64,000 nt of DNA from Lobosporangium transversale (Eukaryota), in contig NW_019029008.1 in NCBI RefSeq assembly GCF_002105155.1, positions 248,001-312,000 on the forward strand, in the 5' to 3' direction. The notes under the pieces are model-generated. The model did no database searches. It saw only the letters and a list, made by a program, of their open reading frames with translations, and had not been told where the DNA came from. Of the stretch, positions 23,220-41,216 are shown one piece after another (position 1 is the first letter of the stretch; each line of letters starts with the position of its first letter). The position numbers and the translations under genes were made by a program.

Positions 23220-24716
23220 ATGCCACAAGGACCCATGACATTCCGTCCTTTGGACGAGAATAATCGAGATGCACCTCCACCCTATGAGGCCAATGCAACA
23301 ACAACTAGCCCACCTATTAGTCCTATTGCTCCACACCAACAGTACCCAGTCCTTAGCGCAGCAACGCACCATGATGGCACTACATCCTTACCGTCGCCAC
23401 CGCCTATTAGCTATTATCCTCCCATGACAACTATCTCCAACGCAATACCAACAGTAGCAGCAGTAGCATCAACAGCACAATATCCTCAGTATCCCACAAT
23501 GACCATGGCAGTCCCTGATACGTCGAGTGAAGTGCCTTATCCAATAGCATCTTCTGATAATTTCTTTCCATCACCCCTTGTCACCCTTACTGTTAGTAAT
23601 TTCTATAGGCCGCAATTATACCCAACGATACCACTTCAGGACTCTACCACCAACGACGGTACATACCCTATATCACTTTCATCCACACCGAGTAGCCTGT
23701 CGGTGCAATATGAGCCGAGCGCCCCTAGTCCGCATAACCCTCAATGGTCGCTGTATTCATCTACAATTTCTACACCAGCAACAGCGGCATCCTCACTTTT
23801 TCAAGATGATAAGAGAGCTATGCAAAATTACTATAATGAACTGGATAGTAGAGTAGAGTCAACATCAATAACACAGCATCCATATCTCTCTCAAGCCTCA
23901 TCGCAACAACAGCAACAACAGCAATCACCAACCTATCCTTCATTTCCTGCGATGACACCTATACCAAAACTAGTAACTACATTCCGATGCAAGAAATGTG
24001 GAACGATCTTGGAGTCAGAAACAGCCGTCTGTAAGCGCATTCACACCGTGCCAGTGAACTTTTCAGAGCGAAAAGTTCAACACGCGACAGGACGCGATCT
24101 CAGAGAACGAACGATATATGATTCAGATTTGTTCAGAATGTCCAGTCATAATAGCATGGGTGAGGGGAGAAGGAGGTGGAGTACGGCCCATGAAAATAGT
24201 CATAATGATAGTTATGATGCTGGTAATGCTAGTGCTGATGCTATGAATAGCAATGGCGGCGATGCCATGCTCCATTCGTCGTCGTCGCCCCAACGGTCGA
24301 GGGCAACATCATATTGTTACGCGCCTTTCTCAAGCACAGGACCGGGACCACCAGAACTAGGTCTACTTGCGCCACCAACCATTACAACGACGACGACGGT
24401 TACAGATAACACTCAATATGAAACAAGTAATGGGCAAATTCGACGATCAATGAGTGTACAGAACCCAATGACAACATTAAGGAAGTTATGGCGCGATGCA
24501 AAGAACGAGTTTAACTATCAGTCATCGACTTCAAGGAGTTCATGGCAGCAACAATATGAGATTGTAGCTCCATCTCCACTGCCCTCTTCTTCTTCATTCT
24601 CTCCTTCTACTACTACTACTACTACTACTATTGCTACTACTCCCACCACCTCTACAACTTTGAATGTTGCGCCATACCAAGCAGAGTCGATCTATCCACC
24701 TCCACAACAACCCTGA
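23220..24716 (+). CDS. Hypothetical Pro/Ser/Thr-rich protein with PPPY motif and a small Cys/His cluster
   Basis: Single 498-codon ORF; APPPYE near the N-terminus; FRCKKCGTILESETAVCKRIH. The start could be the ATG at 23236. Confidence 0.65.
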   Translation: MPQGPMTFRPLDENNRDAPPPYEANATTTSPPISPIAPHQQYPVLSAATHHDGTTSLPSPPPISYYPPMTTISNAIPTVAAVASTAQYPQYPTMTMAVPDTSSEVPYPIASSDNFFPSPLVTLTVSNFYRPQLYPTIPLQDSTTNDGTYPISLSSTPSSLSVQYEPSAPSPHNPQWSLYSSTISTPATAASSLFQDDKRAMQNYYNELDSRVESTSITQHPYLSQASSQQQQQQQSPTYPSFPAMTPIPKLVTTFRCKKCGTILESETAVCKRIHTVPVNFSERKVQHATGRDLRERTIYDSDLFRMSSHNSMGEGRRRWSTAHENSHNDSYDAGNASADAMNSNGGDAMLHSSSSPQRSRATSYCYAPFSSTGPGPPELGLLAPPTITTTTTVTDNTQYETSNGQIRRSMSVQNPMTTLRKLWRDAKNEFNYQSSTSRSSWQQQYEIVAPSPLPSSSSFSPSTTTTTTTIATTPTTSTTLNVAPYQAESIYPPPQQP

Positions 24717-25028
24717 AAAGGAAAATGATAAAATGATGCAAATACAATAAATGACATGAGATTGTTTAAACGATTAAATGATAAACAAATTAACCTTGTT
24801 TTTTATTTCTTGACATAATTGCAAACAAACACTTTTTCCAGAAATTGCCTTTTTGGATAAAAAAAGATTGATTTCGAAAGCCAAGGAAAAAAAAAAAAAA
24901 AAAAAAAAAAAAGTCTCAAACAGTATAATAAACTCTTATTTTTTTGCCCTCATTCTTCTTTCATTCCCACAACAATTTAGCATTGACATTCAGCAAAACT
25001 ACACACCTTCAAGAAGGCATTTACAACC

Positions 25029-26472
25029 ATGTCAGAAGACAGGAACAACAACAACAACAACAACAATAACAACAACAACGATAATAACAATGACCGCAGT
25101 GGTAAACCCATCTATTCAGTCACGATGGATCCCAACGCTCTGAACCGAGAATTTAATCAAGCGACCCAAGCCCTGCACTCCTCTGTCAATTCCCTCCTCA
25201 ATATGATGCACTCCTCTGTCTTTGGAGGACTCGAAAGTATTTCCAAGGAGATCTCTGCGTTCGAAAGGAACAGTAAAGAGTTTCTTGAGAACCATCCTCT
25301 TCAATCTTATTATCAACATCATCTTCAAAATCTTCCTTTCTGGAATCTTCGATCTGATGGCCCCAAGAAACGATATCGAATCACCATTGAGGAATTACCT
25401 CCATTGGAAGAAGGAGAAAACCAAGGCTCTTCAAAAATCTTTTCGACTTCTTCTTCTTCTTCCGATGTTGTAACTAGAGGAGGAAAAGGATCAGGATCAG
25501 AGATAGATGAATTCACAATCACTCAGGGTAAGGCTGGAACGCCAGACGAGGGCAAGACTGTGATCACGACCTCGGTAGCGCCAGGACTGTTGGATTGGTT
25601 GTTGTTCACGACCCATGAAGATTCGTTCTTTAGACGATTGGGACAACATGAATATGAACATCCACATCATTCACACCATCCAAAAGAGTATTATGATCCT
25701 CTCACGGGCGCGACTATTAGAGAGTTGAAAGAATCCGAGATGGAGGATGATGGTGATGATTATCAGAGTCAACAACACAAGAGGACCGTACCCGCATTGG
25801 TGGAGAAAGTGAAGCAGGTGGGCACAAGCTGGGAGAGGGATGCTAGGCATTGGTGGCAACGCAAACGTCATGAGGGTGGAAACGATCAGAGTGAAGACAA
25901 AGACAATAAATCTCAAGAGCAGCCATTGGATCATCAACATCATCTCTTTACGGGCGTGAGTCAAAGTGAAAGGGATCAAGAAGAGGAAAGATATTCGAGA
26001 AGATGGCCTCGTGGACGTACCTGGGGACACACTGAGGTAAGAAAAAGAAGCGAATGAATATTGTTGAAGAAGGGAAAGAAAAGAAAAGTCTGTACAAATA
26101 TAAGATGCTAATAGACTAATGAATTTAACTTTCTTATTTTTTAATTTTTATAAATACAATTGATCAGTCATATAGTCAGACAACAGTTACACGTCCCGAT
26201 GGTACGGTTGAACACCGAACTGTGAACAGCATCAATGGGGAGACAGAGACGATTATCAAGATTCAACACCCGGATGGCTCTGTGGAAGAGACGATCACGC
26301 GAGAAAATCGTGATGACCATTCTTATAATGGTAGCGGTGGTGGTTTTCGTGACCGGTGGTTAAACCGTCGTCATCGTCGACACGATCGAGAAGAGGATAA
26401 CGAGGATCGTACGCGAGACTCCATTGCTGCAATGGTTACAGAAGCCTTTAATGATGAACATCAACAATATCG

Positions 26473-26479
<7 letters not shown>
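25029..26479 (+). CDS. Hypothetical protein (exons 25029-26036, 26168-26479) with a PDG-turn beta-hairpin C-terminal segment, loosely HAX1-like
   Basis: 342-aa ORF joined by a GT-AG intron, in frame, to SYSQTTVTRPDGTVEHRTVNSINGETETIIKIQHPDGSVEETITR. The 3' end is uncertain. Confidence 0.6.
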
Positions 26480-26508
<29 letters not shown>

Positions 26509-26778
26509 CTGCAGCATTTGAAAGGTTGAAGTTGTTGAATCAACTTTTGATAGCAAATATCAGTAACAATAAAATAAATTAATAAAACGTACACGACACG
26601 TTCACGGCCATTAAATTATTGATTAACAGCTCAACAGAACAAAAAGTTTTTAAACTGTGAGGACAAAGATGAGAGAGGGGATTTATATGTTCTCTTTATA
26701 TATTATGGATTAAGGTTATTCTAATGGATAATGCTTTTTCTTTTAACAATTGAAGAAGAAAAAAAAAAAAATTTTTTA

Positions 26779-27441
26779 CTAGAGTACCAAGGCAACTCCA
26801 GCAACAACAGCAAGGACGATGGTCACAACAGTAGATCCGATCATGTTGGTATTAGCGCCGGATGTGGTAGTGCCAACGGCCTTTGAGTTTACATTCGTAT
26901 TAGTACTGCCGGTCTCTCCTGGGGCCTTCACCTGGAATCGACCGGAATACGCGTTTTTGGGAGACAGGAGCAATTGGAGGGCATAGGTACCGGCCTTGGT
27001 ATCTGCGGGAACGGTCCAGACGAGATTCCCGACCATCTTTGTACAATCAATGGTTCCGACCTTCTTGACATAGAATGCGTTGTCGATGTTGTTCGAGTCC
27101 ATGAAATCAACCTCTGTCTCGTTCGGTGTTGCAGAGACCAAGGTAGAGGGCGGAGTACAGGCCATGGACCAGGAGAAGGTCTGGTTCGTACCAGCAGCAT
27201 AGGCGATACCGTCACCTACGGGTTGTGTGAACGAGATATGATCTGGAGGCCCACTTGGGCTTTTGTTACCGCCAGGAGCATCCAGGGTGGTGGAGCCAGT
27301 GCTGGGAGGGGCAGGAGCGGCAGGAGTGGCAGGAGTGGCAGGAGTGGCATCAACACTTGGAGGAATGGCAGCACCATCAGCCAAGACAGTCGTGGCTGTG
27401 GCCACAAGAGCTAGGAGATTAATAATGGACTTGAGGATCAT
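26779..27441 (-). CDS. Secreted Ser/Thr/Pro-rich, probably GPI-anchored cell-surface protein (Kre9/Knh1-like Ig fold)
   Basis: Signal peptide MILKSIINLLALVATATTVLA; FTQPV...YAAGTNQTFSW...LVWTVP...GTYALQL...YSGRFQV; S/G/A/N omega-like region followed by a hydrophobic C-terminus. Confidence 0.75.
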   Translation of the reverse strand: MILKSIINLLALVATATTVLADGAAIPPSVDATPATPATPAAPAPPSTGSTTLDAPGGNKSPSGPPDHISFTQPVGDGIAYAAGTNQTFSWSMACTPPSTLVSATPNETEVDFMDSNNIDNAFYVKKVGTIDCTKMVGNLVWTVPADTKAGTYALQLLLSPKNAYSGRFQVKAPGETGSTNTNVNSKAVGTTTSGANTNMIGSTVVTIVLAVVAGVALVL

Positions 27442-29812
27442 GATAGAAAAGAAAAGATAAGAAGAAGAAAAAGAAAAAATAAAAAAGATGTTTTGTTGTA
27501 TTGACCAAGGATGTCTGTTGGAAGGGAAAAAGGAGAAGAAGAGAGAGGAAGCAGAAGAGAGAGGAAGCAGAAGAGCGGATGAAGATGCTAACGAAAGAAG
27601 CAAAGGTTTAAGAGAGAAAGAGACACAGAGATTAAAAAAAAGAAAAAGAAAAAAAAAAGAAAAAAAAAAAAAGCAAAAAAAAAAAAAGAAAAGAAAAGGA
27701 ATCAAGGGGCTTTTTAAGCGATGGTTATATATTTATTCTTGGTGGTTATTCTTGATGGTTATCCTTGATGATTATATTAAAGCACTGACAGGGATCAAGG
27801 ATAAAAGATCGGTTAAAATCACAACCATAATGACTAGGCAACACCGGTACCTTCGTTTTTTGTTTTTTTTCTGTGGAGAGAACTATTTTAAACCCGATGA
27901 ACTCCTTTTAGTTTTAAAAAAAGCAACCTAATTGGAAAATGATGTCCACATTCTTCTTTGCCTTGGAAAGGAGAAAAGCAACAAGAATCGGCATCGTTTC
28001 CTTTCAAAAAAAAAGAAAAAAAAAAAAAAAGGAGGTGGAAAAGATCAAGGTTAATGAGATATGATGGGATCAAGAAGGCGATATATAGGAAAGGATAGGA
28101 AACTATTTGTAGCTAGGCATAGAAATGGTAATAAAGTAGGAGACAGAAAAAACAGAACTCAGGAGAGAAAAGGAGATAACCCAGGTACCATCATTTCCCA
28201 GAGCCTGAAGGGGAGGAGAGTAGAAGAGGCCCCTTTTTTGGTCTGTGCATATCTGTACAAAAAAAAATAAAATAAAATAAAATAAAATCTCTAGATGTTG
28301 GGAAGAAGTTTGTTTGGACGAGGAGCGTGCACGTGACCTATAGTTCCAATTTAAATGTTTAAATCCAAAGGAAACTTGTTATGGGTCGGGCTGTTTGCAA
28401 CAGCCAAAGATTCTTGTATACAACCGCAGTGTCTGTGTGTTTGTGTGCCTGCTTTCCTGTTTATCTGTTTTGTCAAAGGGAAAAGATGGAGAGAGTGGAA
28501 AAAAGTATTATTGCCGAAATTTGACCGAGGGATCAGATGTGCTTTTGAAAGCGTGTGTGGCATATAAATATTATATGGAAGATTAGGGTTTATGAATGTT
28601 GCGATGGTTGTGAGTGGATCGTTCATTATGAACCATTGGCCATTAACCGCAAGGGTTCTTTTATTTTATTTTTTTTCTTTTTTTTTCTTTTTTCTTTTTT
28701 ATCATAATCTTTCTTGATGTTTTGTATAGATGTTTGTCCATGCATAAATATAAAAAAGTAAAAAGTACATAAAAATGTACAAATGAAATGAAAGAAAGTC
28801 AAAAGGAAACAAATAATTGAGTTGCAACGTGCTAATCTTTGTCCTACACATCTTTTTTTAATATGAAGCAAGATTACGCGATGTAAAGATACACATGAGA
28901 CAGCACGCGTTCATTTGTTGCCACACACTCCCCTATTTCTTTCCTTCTTTCTTTCCCCACTTCCACTTGTTCCCCCATTTATTCCCTTCCCCCTGCATTG
29001 TGAGTTTGAGGATTATTGTAATTAATATTGTAATATTATTTGTGGACGAACAAGAGTTGTTGTATTTTTCCCTCTTCTCAACGTGCACATGTGTATGTGT
29101 GAAACGTTCATGATTATTATTGTCTATATATATTTATGAATATTCTTATTATGATTATGATCTTTTTTTTTATTTGGCTGAAAATCTATGTTTAGGGCAA
29201 CAAGTTACAAGCTGACATGTGCTTACTCATCTTTTCTCTTTTTCTCTTTCTATTATTCCCTCTGTACATCTTTGTAACAACATTTTTGTTTTGATGCACA
29301 GCCTTGAAGGAAAGGAAAAAGAAAAGAAAAGAAAAGAAAAAAGATAGGAAGAGAAAATAAGCATATATATATATATACATGTGCATATTTTTACCACACT
29401 TTACACATGGCGGAATTAAATTGGAAAAAAAAAAAAAAAAAAAAACGCGCGCGAGGTGCTTCTTCTTCTTTTTTGGGGTTTGTGGGATGTGTATCATGTC
29501 AATGCTCCTATTAAGGCTATAATGTAGGGGTAAACAGATCCAAAGCAACTTGAGCTTTGATCTTGGAGAGTATTTCTACATGTTGGCTTTATAAAAGAGT
29601 CTGTGGTTTTTATTTGATTGTTTAATTGCTATTGATGTGTATTTTGTATTTACAAATATATATATATATATATAATCATATAATATATATACAAATACAC
29701 ATAAATGTTGTTTGTTGTTGTTGCTGTTGTTGCTGTTGTTGTTGGTTGCTGTTGTTGGTTGCTGTTGTTAGTTGCTTAGTTACTTGTTGCTAGTGCACGT
29801 TTTGACCTGTCA

Positions 29813-29849
<37 letters not shown>

Positions 29850-30734
29850 TCCAGACAAAAAAACATTTGCTCCTGCGCTTTCTTCTTTTTTTCTCCCGCG
29901 AACCGTTGTTGAGAGCCTTTTTTGTTTTTATTCCACTTGATCGACGCCCATAAAAAATATATAAAAAAATAAAATAGAAAATATAGAAATATAATGATAA
30001 GTAAATAAGAGGTGGTTATTATTACATTGAATATATATACATATATATATACCATGTATATAATATAGTATATATAATAGAGAGATTGATAGATAGAAGA
30101 TGAGGATGAAAAAGAAGAGAAAGAAAGAACGGATCCACAACTTTATGAGAATCTGTATTTCTTTTCAAAGAATAGAAATGGTGCGATGGTAAAACGGTCT
30201 GATATTCGAGCCCTATTTCTCCTTTTTAAAAAAGATTCGATCTCTCTCTGATTGCTCTTGTACTAAAAGCAGAAACTATTGATGAGCAAGCAAAGCAAGT
30301 AAGGAACACAGCAAGTTCAACAATAACATGCATGATTAACTTTTGGAGAGGGATTATTTATACGTTGCTTCGCTCTCTTTCCAACAGTCTATAGGATTAA
30401 CATATGGATTTAGTAGCAAAGCCCTTTGATCTTTTTAAAGAATGAACCTAAGAATAAAAAGAGGAAAAAAGGATAAAAGACTAACCTTGGGGAGATTGTC
30501 TGCGATGGCAATGAATGCATCCACTACCAGAATGCTTTTCTAAAAGCAAAAGTAAAAAAGCATAAAGCAAAGGAGTCAAAAGTAAAAGAGTCAAAAGTAA
30601 AGAGTCAAAAATGCAAAGTCAAATAGAAAAATAGAAAATAAATTAAAAAAGACGTTACAAAGTTACCCAGGGGTTAAAAACGACTTTTTTTAAACTTCCT
30701 CTCTCTTCATCTTTTGACTCTTTCATCTCTTTCA

Positions 30735-30780
<46 letters not shown>

Positions 30781-31148
30781 TCATCATTCTCCATCCTCTT
30801 TTTACCTTTTGCCTTTTGCCTTCACCCGCGCAGCTCACCTGGCTTAGCTTTCTAATCACTCTCATTCTCTCATTGCTCTCTACACGCGTTTTTTATCTTT
30901 TTTATTTGTTTTTGTTTCTTTTTCTTTTTCTTTTTCTTTTTCTTTTTTTACTCAGACCTGGACAAAGGTAAGCCCCATCTTCATTTTCATTTTCATTTTC
31001 AGATGAGAAAGAAACAACTCCATCGCTCAACGATGATCCAGTCTTTTGGTTAACACTCTTTCTCTTTCTCTTTCTTTCTCTTCTACTTTTCTTTTTCTTC
31101 TTTCTCTTTTACATTCTCTTTTACTTCCACTTTTATATTCTCTAATTC

Positions 31149-31179
<31 letters not shown>

Positions 31180-31218
31180 CAATCGCTCTCATTCATACTT
31201 GTACATTGCCTGACATAC

Positions 31219-31250
<32 letters not shown>

Positions 31251-31783
31251 ATCGCTCCTTCATCCTGGCTGGCATTGCTCAATCCCCTTTTCTCCCTTCC
31301 TCCTCCGCGTCTTCTGCCCGCTCCGCACCCTCCACCGTGCGTGCCTCTTCCACTCCTTACTCCTCTTCTTCCTCTCGCTCATCCTTCGAGGTCGTTGAAC
31401 GGCCCATCACCCCTCCGCCCCCCTCGCTTCCTTCTCTCCGTCTGTCTTTCTCTCCGCTCTTTGACGACGACGACGACGACGACAACAATAACAACATCAA
31501 CAACAACAGCACCAGCACCAGTATCAACATTAGTACTGCGGACGAAATCAACAACATTAGCCATAATAGCTGTATTAGCAATAGTAATAGCATTAGCATC
31601 AGCGATATCGCAGACATTAACAACATTACCTACAACGACAACAGTAGCAACCACAATAGCAATCGCAATCGCAATCGCGACAGCAATACCAATACTAATA
31701 CCAATACCAATACCAATATCAATACCAATAGCAGTACCAACAGGAGCAGCTTCAACAACAGCACCAATATCCAAAGCAACATC

Positions 31784-36147
<4,364 letters not shown>

Positions 36148-36701
36148 AAATATATATATGTATATTTTTCTTTCTTTCTTTCTTTTTTTTTTTTTTTTTT
36201 TTGCGATCGCGTGAAGAAGGAAGGCAAGTCAAGAAACAGGAAGACGAAGAAGAAGAAGAAGAGAGAGATGAACTTTTTGGGCAACAATGTCTTCTTGATA
36301 GAGACATTTCGATCTATTGTTGAGGACAGCCACATGTGTTTTTAGAAACCATTTATTATTATAGAGAGAAGTTTTTTACGATGGAAAAAAAAAAAAAAAA
36401 AAAACCATTGAGAACTCTTCTCTTCTCCCCACTTTTTTTTTTTTTTTCTTTCTTTCTTTATCGTTATATTATCGTTATATTATTTGATATAATGATCTGC
36501 GACATTTGATCCGGTTCATTATTATTTAAGGAATAAAAATGCCATGTATTTTATTACATTTCAAGAGCTTTTATTTTTTTTTTATTTTTTTATTTTTTTC
36601 TTTTACAAGTGTGTGCAAATGGCTATCTACAATTGATCATCTATTTTTTGAATATTTTGTTTGTTTTGCTTTTTTTTTCTTTTTCTTTTTCTTTTTTTTC
36701 C

Positions 36702-37354
36702 TTAACATCTCTCCAAAACGATGGCAATACCCTGACCACCACCGATACAAGCAGATCCAATAGCATACTTGCCCTGAGTGCGCTGCAACTCATGGGTCAA
36801 ATGAGCAATGATTCTGGAACCAGAAGCACCAAGGGGGTGACCCAAAGCGATGGCACCTCCGTTCAAGTTGGTCTTGTTACGGTCCAATCCCAAGACCTTC
36901 TCCACTGCCAAGTACTGAGCTGCAAAGGCCTCGTTGACCTCGACCAGATCCATGTCCTTCAAGCCCAAGCCAGCCTTCTTGAGTGCGCCCTGAATAGCAG
37001 AGACAGGGCCAATGCCCATGATGGAGGGCTCGACCGCAGTCACGTGCCAGCTCACCACCTTGGCCAAGGGCTTCAATCCATGCTCCTTGACTGCCTGATC
37101 CGAAGCCACGACAACAGCACCGGCACCATCGCTGATACCGGAAGCATTACCGGCAGTGACTGTGCCCTCCTTCAAGAATACTGAGGGCAACTTTGCCAAG
37201 GTCTCGATTGTGGTTGTGGGACGAGCATGTTCATCATGGCCCAAGCTTTCGACCGCCTTCTTGACCTTGTATTCCACAGGGACAATCTCTGAATTGAAGC
37301 GACCGGCCTTGTTGGCTAATCCATTATGGTCACAAAATATATGAATTAGCTTTA

Positions 37355-37394
<40 letters not shown>

Positions 37395-38206
37395 CTGGCG
37401 GAAGAGAAAGAAAAAAAAAAATTTAAAAAAAGCTTACCAGCGGCCCAACGCTGCTGAGACAAAAGAGCGTACTCATCACAGTCCTGACGAGAGATGTTGT
37501 GTTGTTTGGCCAAGTTTTCGGCAGTGATACCCATGGGACAATCCTTTGGGAAACGATCGACCAGAGAAGCAGCCAAAGTATCCTCCAACTTCAGGTCGAC
37601 TCCAAAGCGAGTACCACCGAAACGGATGTTACGAAGGGCATAAGGGGCCAAGGACATGGATTCAGAACCTCCTGTCAAGACAATCTTGGAATCTCCGACC
37701 AAGATCTCATGAGCTCCGTTGATGATGGATTGGAAACCGGATCCACAAAGACGGTTCACCGTCAGGGCTGGGATCGAGATATCCAATCCTGTACGCAAAC
37801 CCACATGACGAGCCAAATAAGGGCCAGCTGCATCCGAATGACACACATTTCCGAAAATCACTGAATCCACCGGCACTTCCTTGCCCACATCTGCAAGAGC
37901 GGCCTTGGAAGCAAAGGCACCAAGCTCAGCAGCAGTATAATCCTTGAGCTTTCCACCTGATTTTTTGTTTTTTTTTTTTATATATTGATATTGATTTTTT
38001 TGGTTATTTTGAGGTTTTTTTTTAAAAAAAAAAAAAAATCAGTATTCAGTATTAGAAATAAAAAGATAATTATATGATTAGTTCATTGCAGGGTAAAGAG
38101 AAAAAAAAAACAAGTGAAGCCATTTTTTGATATGAAGGGATTGATTCTCGTTACCAAAGGCACCGAAGGGAGTGCGCTTAGCAGCGACAATGAAGATGCT
38201 AGCCAT
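36702..38206 (-). CDS. 3-ketoacyl-CoA thiolase (ACAA2-like), multi-exon
   Basis: MASIFIVAAKRTPFGAFG, TVNRLCGSGFQ (catalytic Cys), EVNEAFA, NGGAIALGHPLGASG, SACIGGGQG. Confidence 0.95.
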
Positions 38207-38572
38207 AGTTTTTTTTTTTAAAAAAAAAAGGTAAGGAGAGTGGAGAAGTTGAAGAGTGGAGAATGAGTGTGGGAGGTTTAAAAAAAAAAGGAAAAAAAGA
38301 AAGAAAGAAAGATGTGACTAAAAAAGGCTACGCGTCCCGGGAGGAAAAGGGACCCAAAGACTTGAGCGAATAGGAAGGAACAGCGGTTTTGTTAAGAAAA
38401 AAAAAAAGCTGGTGGCACGTGAAAAATACATCTCTCTTCTTCTTCCAAACCACGGACACAAAAATAAAATAAAATAAAAAAAGAGCTTTTCTCCACGCGT
38501 GAACAAAAAAACATTACTGTAAAAAAAAAAAAAAAAGAAGAGAAGAAAGAGAGAGAGAAAGAGATTATAAAC

Positions 38573-39190
38573 ATGCAAACTAATCATCCATCAGATGCAA
38601 ATGCACTTCATGAACAACCATCTATTCCAAGTAAAGGATTCGTTGCAGTGCATGTCGGTGCAGGTAAAAAAAATAAAAAAGGAAAGCTAATGCCAATCAT
38701 TAATTCACTTGATTCGACTCACACAAGCTGTTGCGGTTTGGTTTTTTTTAAGGTTTACATGCTGCTAAAAACAAGGCGAGGTACCTTAACGTCTGCAGAA
38801 AGTAAGCACCTCTTTTACTCCGTATACACGTGATGCACGCGTGCACTTCACACAACGTGGTTGTCATTCTGTACTATACATTATGACAAAAGGAGGACAT
38901 TATCAATCCAACATTTTAATTTTGCCATATACACATACATCTTAATATGCTTGACTGTATAAAAGAGCTTGCCAAATGGGAATACGCCTGTTAAAGAAGG
39001 ATCCTAGTGCTACTGCAACTATGATTGTTGAGCAGATGATCCGGATCTTGGAAGATGATCCTGTCACAAATGCTGGCCTAGGATCTAACCTCAACTTGAA
39101 GGGTCATGTTGAATGTGACGCCAGTATCATGAATGGCACCACCCTTGGCTTTGGATCCGTCGGTGCAATCACTGGTAGGGAGGAAAACTC

Positions 39191-39235
<45 letters not shown>

Positions 39236-40978
39236 TGAATAGATCGCTCAGAGCACACCTACCTCGGTGTATTATTACATAACATAGATTTCAAAAACCC
39301 TATATCTGTCGCCCAGTTGATCCTTCAAAAATCAGATGAGGGTCCACTTTCTCTCGGACGGATCCCTCCCATCATGTTGACCGGATCTGGTGCCACACAA
39401 TGGTACCATACCATGGGTTTCAATCATCTTGATCGAGTCTTGCCAGAACTTCCGAATTCAATTGTTTTAACTGAGCTGAAGAAGCTTTGCACCAACCATA
39501 ATACCAATACCGACACCGATGCGGATAATAATAATAACTGTAATACTAATAGTAGTAATAGTAATAATGATGTCAAGAATAGCAACAATAATGATAATAA
39601 TAATGATGATGATGATGGTGATGATACCTGCTCTTTAAACGGGTCCTTGGTCACCCGTGAATCACTTCGTCGCTATGCCAAATTCAGCGCTATGCTCACC
39701 GCGAGCCATCCTCAGAAATCATTGGCCCTTCAAGCGACCTCTACTCTCACTCAACCAGGGAACTCCACCATCAACACGTCCACTCTAAATAATGATATCG
39801 CCGTCCATAACCCAGAGAGCTCGAGCAGACCTCCTATTCCGGAGACACAAGCCGTAACAATGATGATGAAGCGTAAAGCATCAATAGGAAGAGGAAAAGA
39901 AGAAGAAGAAGAAGAAGAAGAAGAAAGAGATAAAGTAAACAAACGTAGCTCTAGTTATCTAAAGCAACCTCCGCAACACCAACAACAACAACAACAACAG
40001 CAGCGGCAGCAGCAGCAACAGCACCAAAACCTTTCACAACCCAAATATGGGGGAAATATCAAGCAAGTCCTAGAAGAGGAGGAAGGTGAAGAGATCAATG
40101 ATTTACTTCAAGACACTGTTGGTGCCATCTGTGTTGATAGTTGGGGCCGAGTGGCGGCAGGTGTTAGCAGTGGTGGGATCGCTATGAAATTTCCGGGACG
40201 TGTAAGTGAGGTAAGCACAAGATTCGTTAGTGGCAAACACGTCAATGGTTAATATAGCACCAAATTTTAATTTTATTTTTTTTCCTTCAAAAATTATTAA
40301 GGCTGCGTTATATGGTACCGGTTGCTGGGCGCAAGATCCAACTATTTCCAGTGGAGGCTTCGCTTGCAGTATGACAGGTGCTGGAGAACAGATCTCAAAG
40401 ACCTTACTTGCGAGGACATGCATGGACACATTTCTCCAAGAAGATGATATAGCCATGGCCACCACCGATGTTCTCGATCGCTTCATCCACAGCCCTCTGC
40501 TAAAGAGCTATGAAGATCGATATGCAGGCTTTATTGCCGTTAAAGTAGAACCATCCTCCTCCGTAGCAGCGGCGGTAGAAGGCTCTATCACCAACAGCAA
40601 TAAGGACAGGAACGAACCATTGCAACCACTGCGGACAGAGTTTGTGTTTGCACATACAACCAAAACCATGGTATTTTTTTTTTCCGCCTTTAGAACAACC
40701 TTTAGAGACAAAAAAGAGGTTTCCATCATATTGACTATTTTTTTTTTTTTTTTTTTCATCCTACACTTTAGGGTATTGCTTATATGTCTGCTAATGATAA
40801 TAAACCTACAGTGAGTTCCAAACTTTTTTTTTTAAAAAAAAAAGAGGCCCTAAATAAGAGACTATTTATTAAGACAATGTTCTTCTTATGCTATCATAAT
40901 CAATAATACTAGGCGATTATGTCGGAACGAAAGGCCAAAAGCAACAAATCGGTGTTTACGAAGATGATCAAATTATGA
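38573..40978 (+). CDS. TASP1: Threonine aspartase (taspase-1)-like, asparaginase-2/Ntn-hydrolase family, multi-exon
   Basis: [58 protein letters not shown]...[17 protein letters not shown]...[17 protein letters not shown]. Confidence 0.85.
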
Positions 40979-41216
40979 ACATTAATAAAAGTAAAAGTAA
41001 AAAAGAATAGAAACGTTTATTGTAAATGTATATACATGTTGCTTCTTATTTTTTTTTTTTTTTTTTTTTTTTTCAATATCACAATGCATTCACCGTATCG
41101 GCACGGAATTCTACTTCTTCTATGAATCAATTAAGCGATAAAAGGTTGGGATGTAATTGTAATCGTTGCCTATTATCAGTCTCTGAAATATATTACTTTT
41201 TTTTTTTTTTTTTTTT

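Noticed and set aside
26477..26505. Retrocopy signature (poly-A directly after a stop codon; also after the ALDH stop)
   Set aside because: Both genes keep introns and homopolymers occur throughout this window.
27488..31000. Numerous 60-150 aa ORFs rich in Phe or Lys
   Set aside because: These arise from poly-T/poly-A tracts in AT-rich intergenic DNA.
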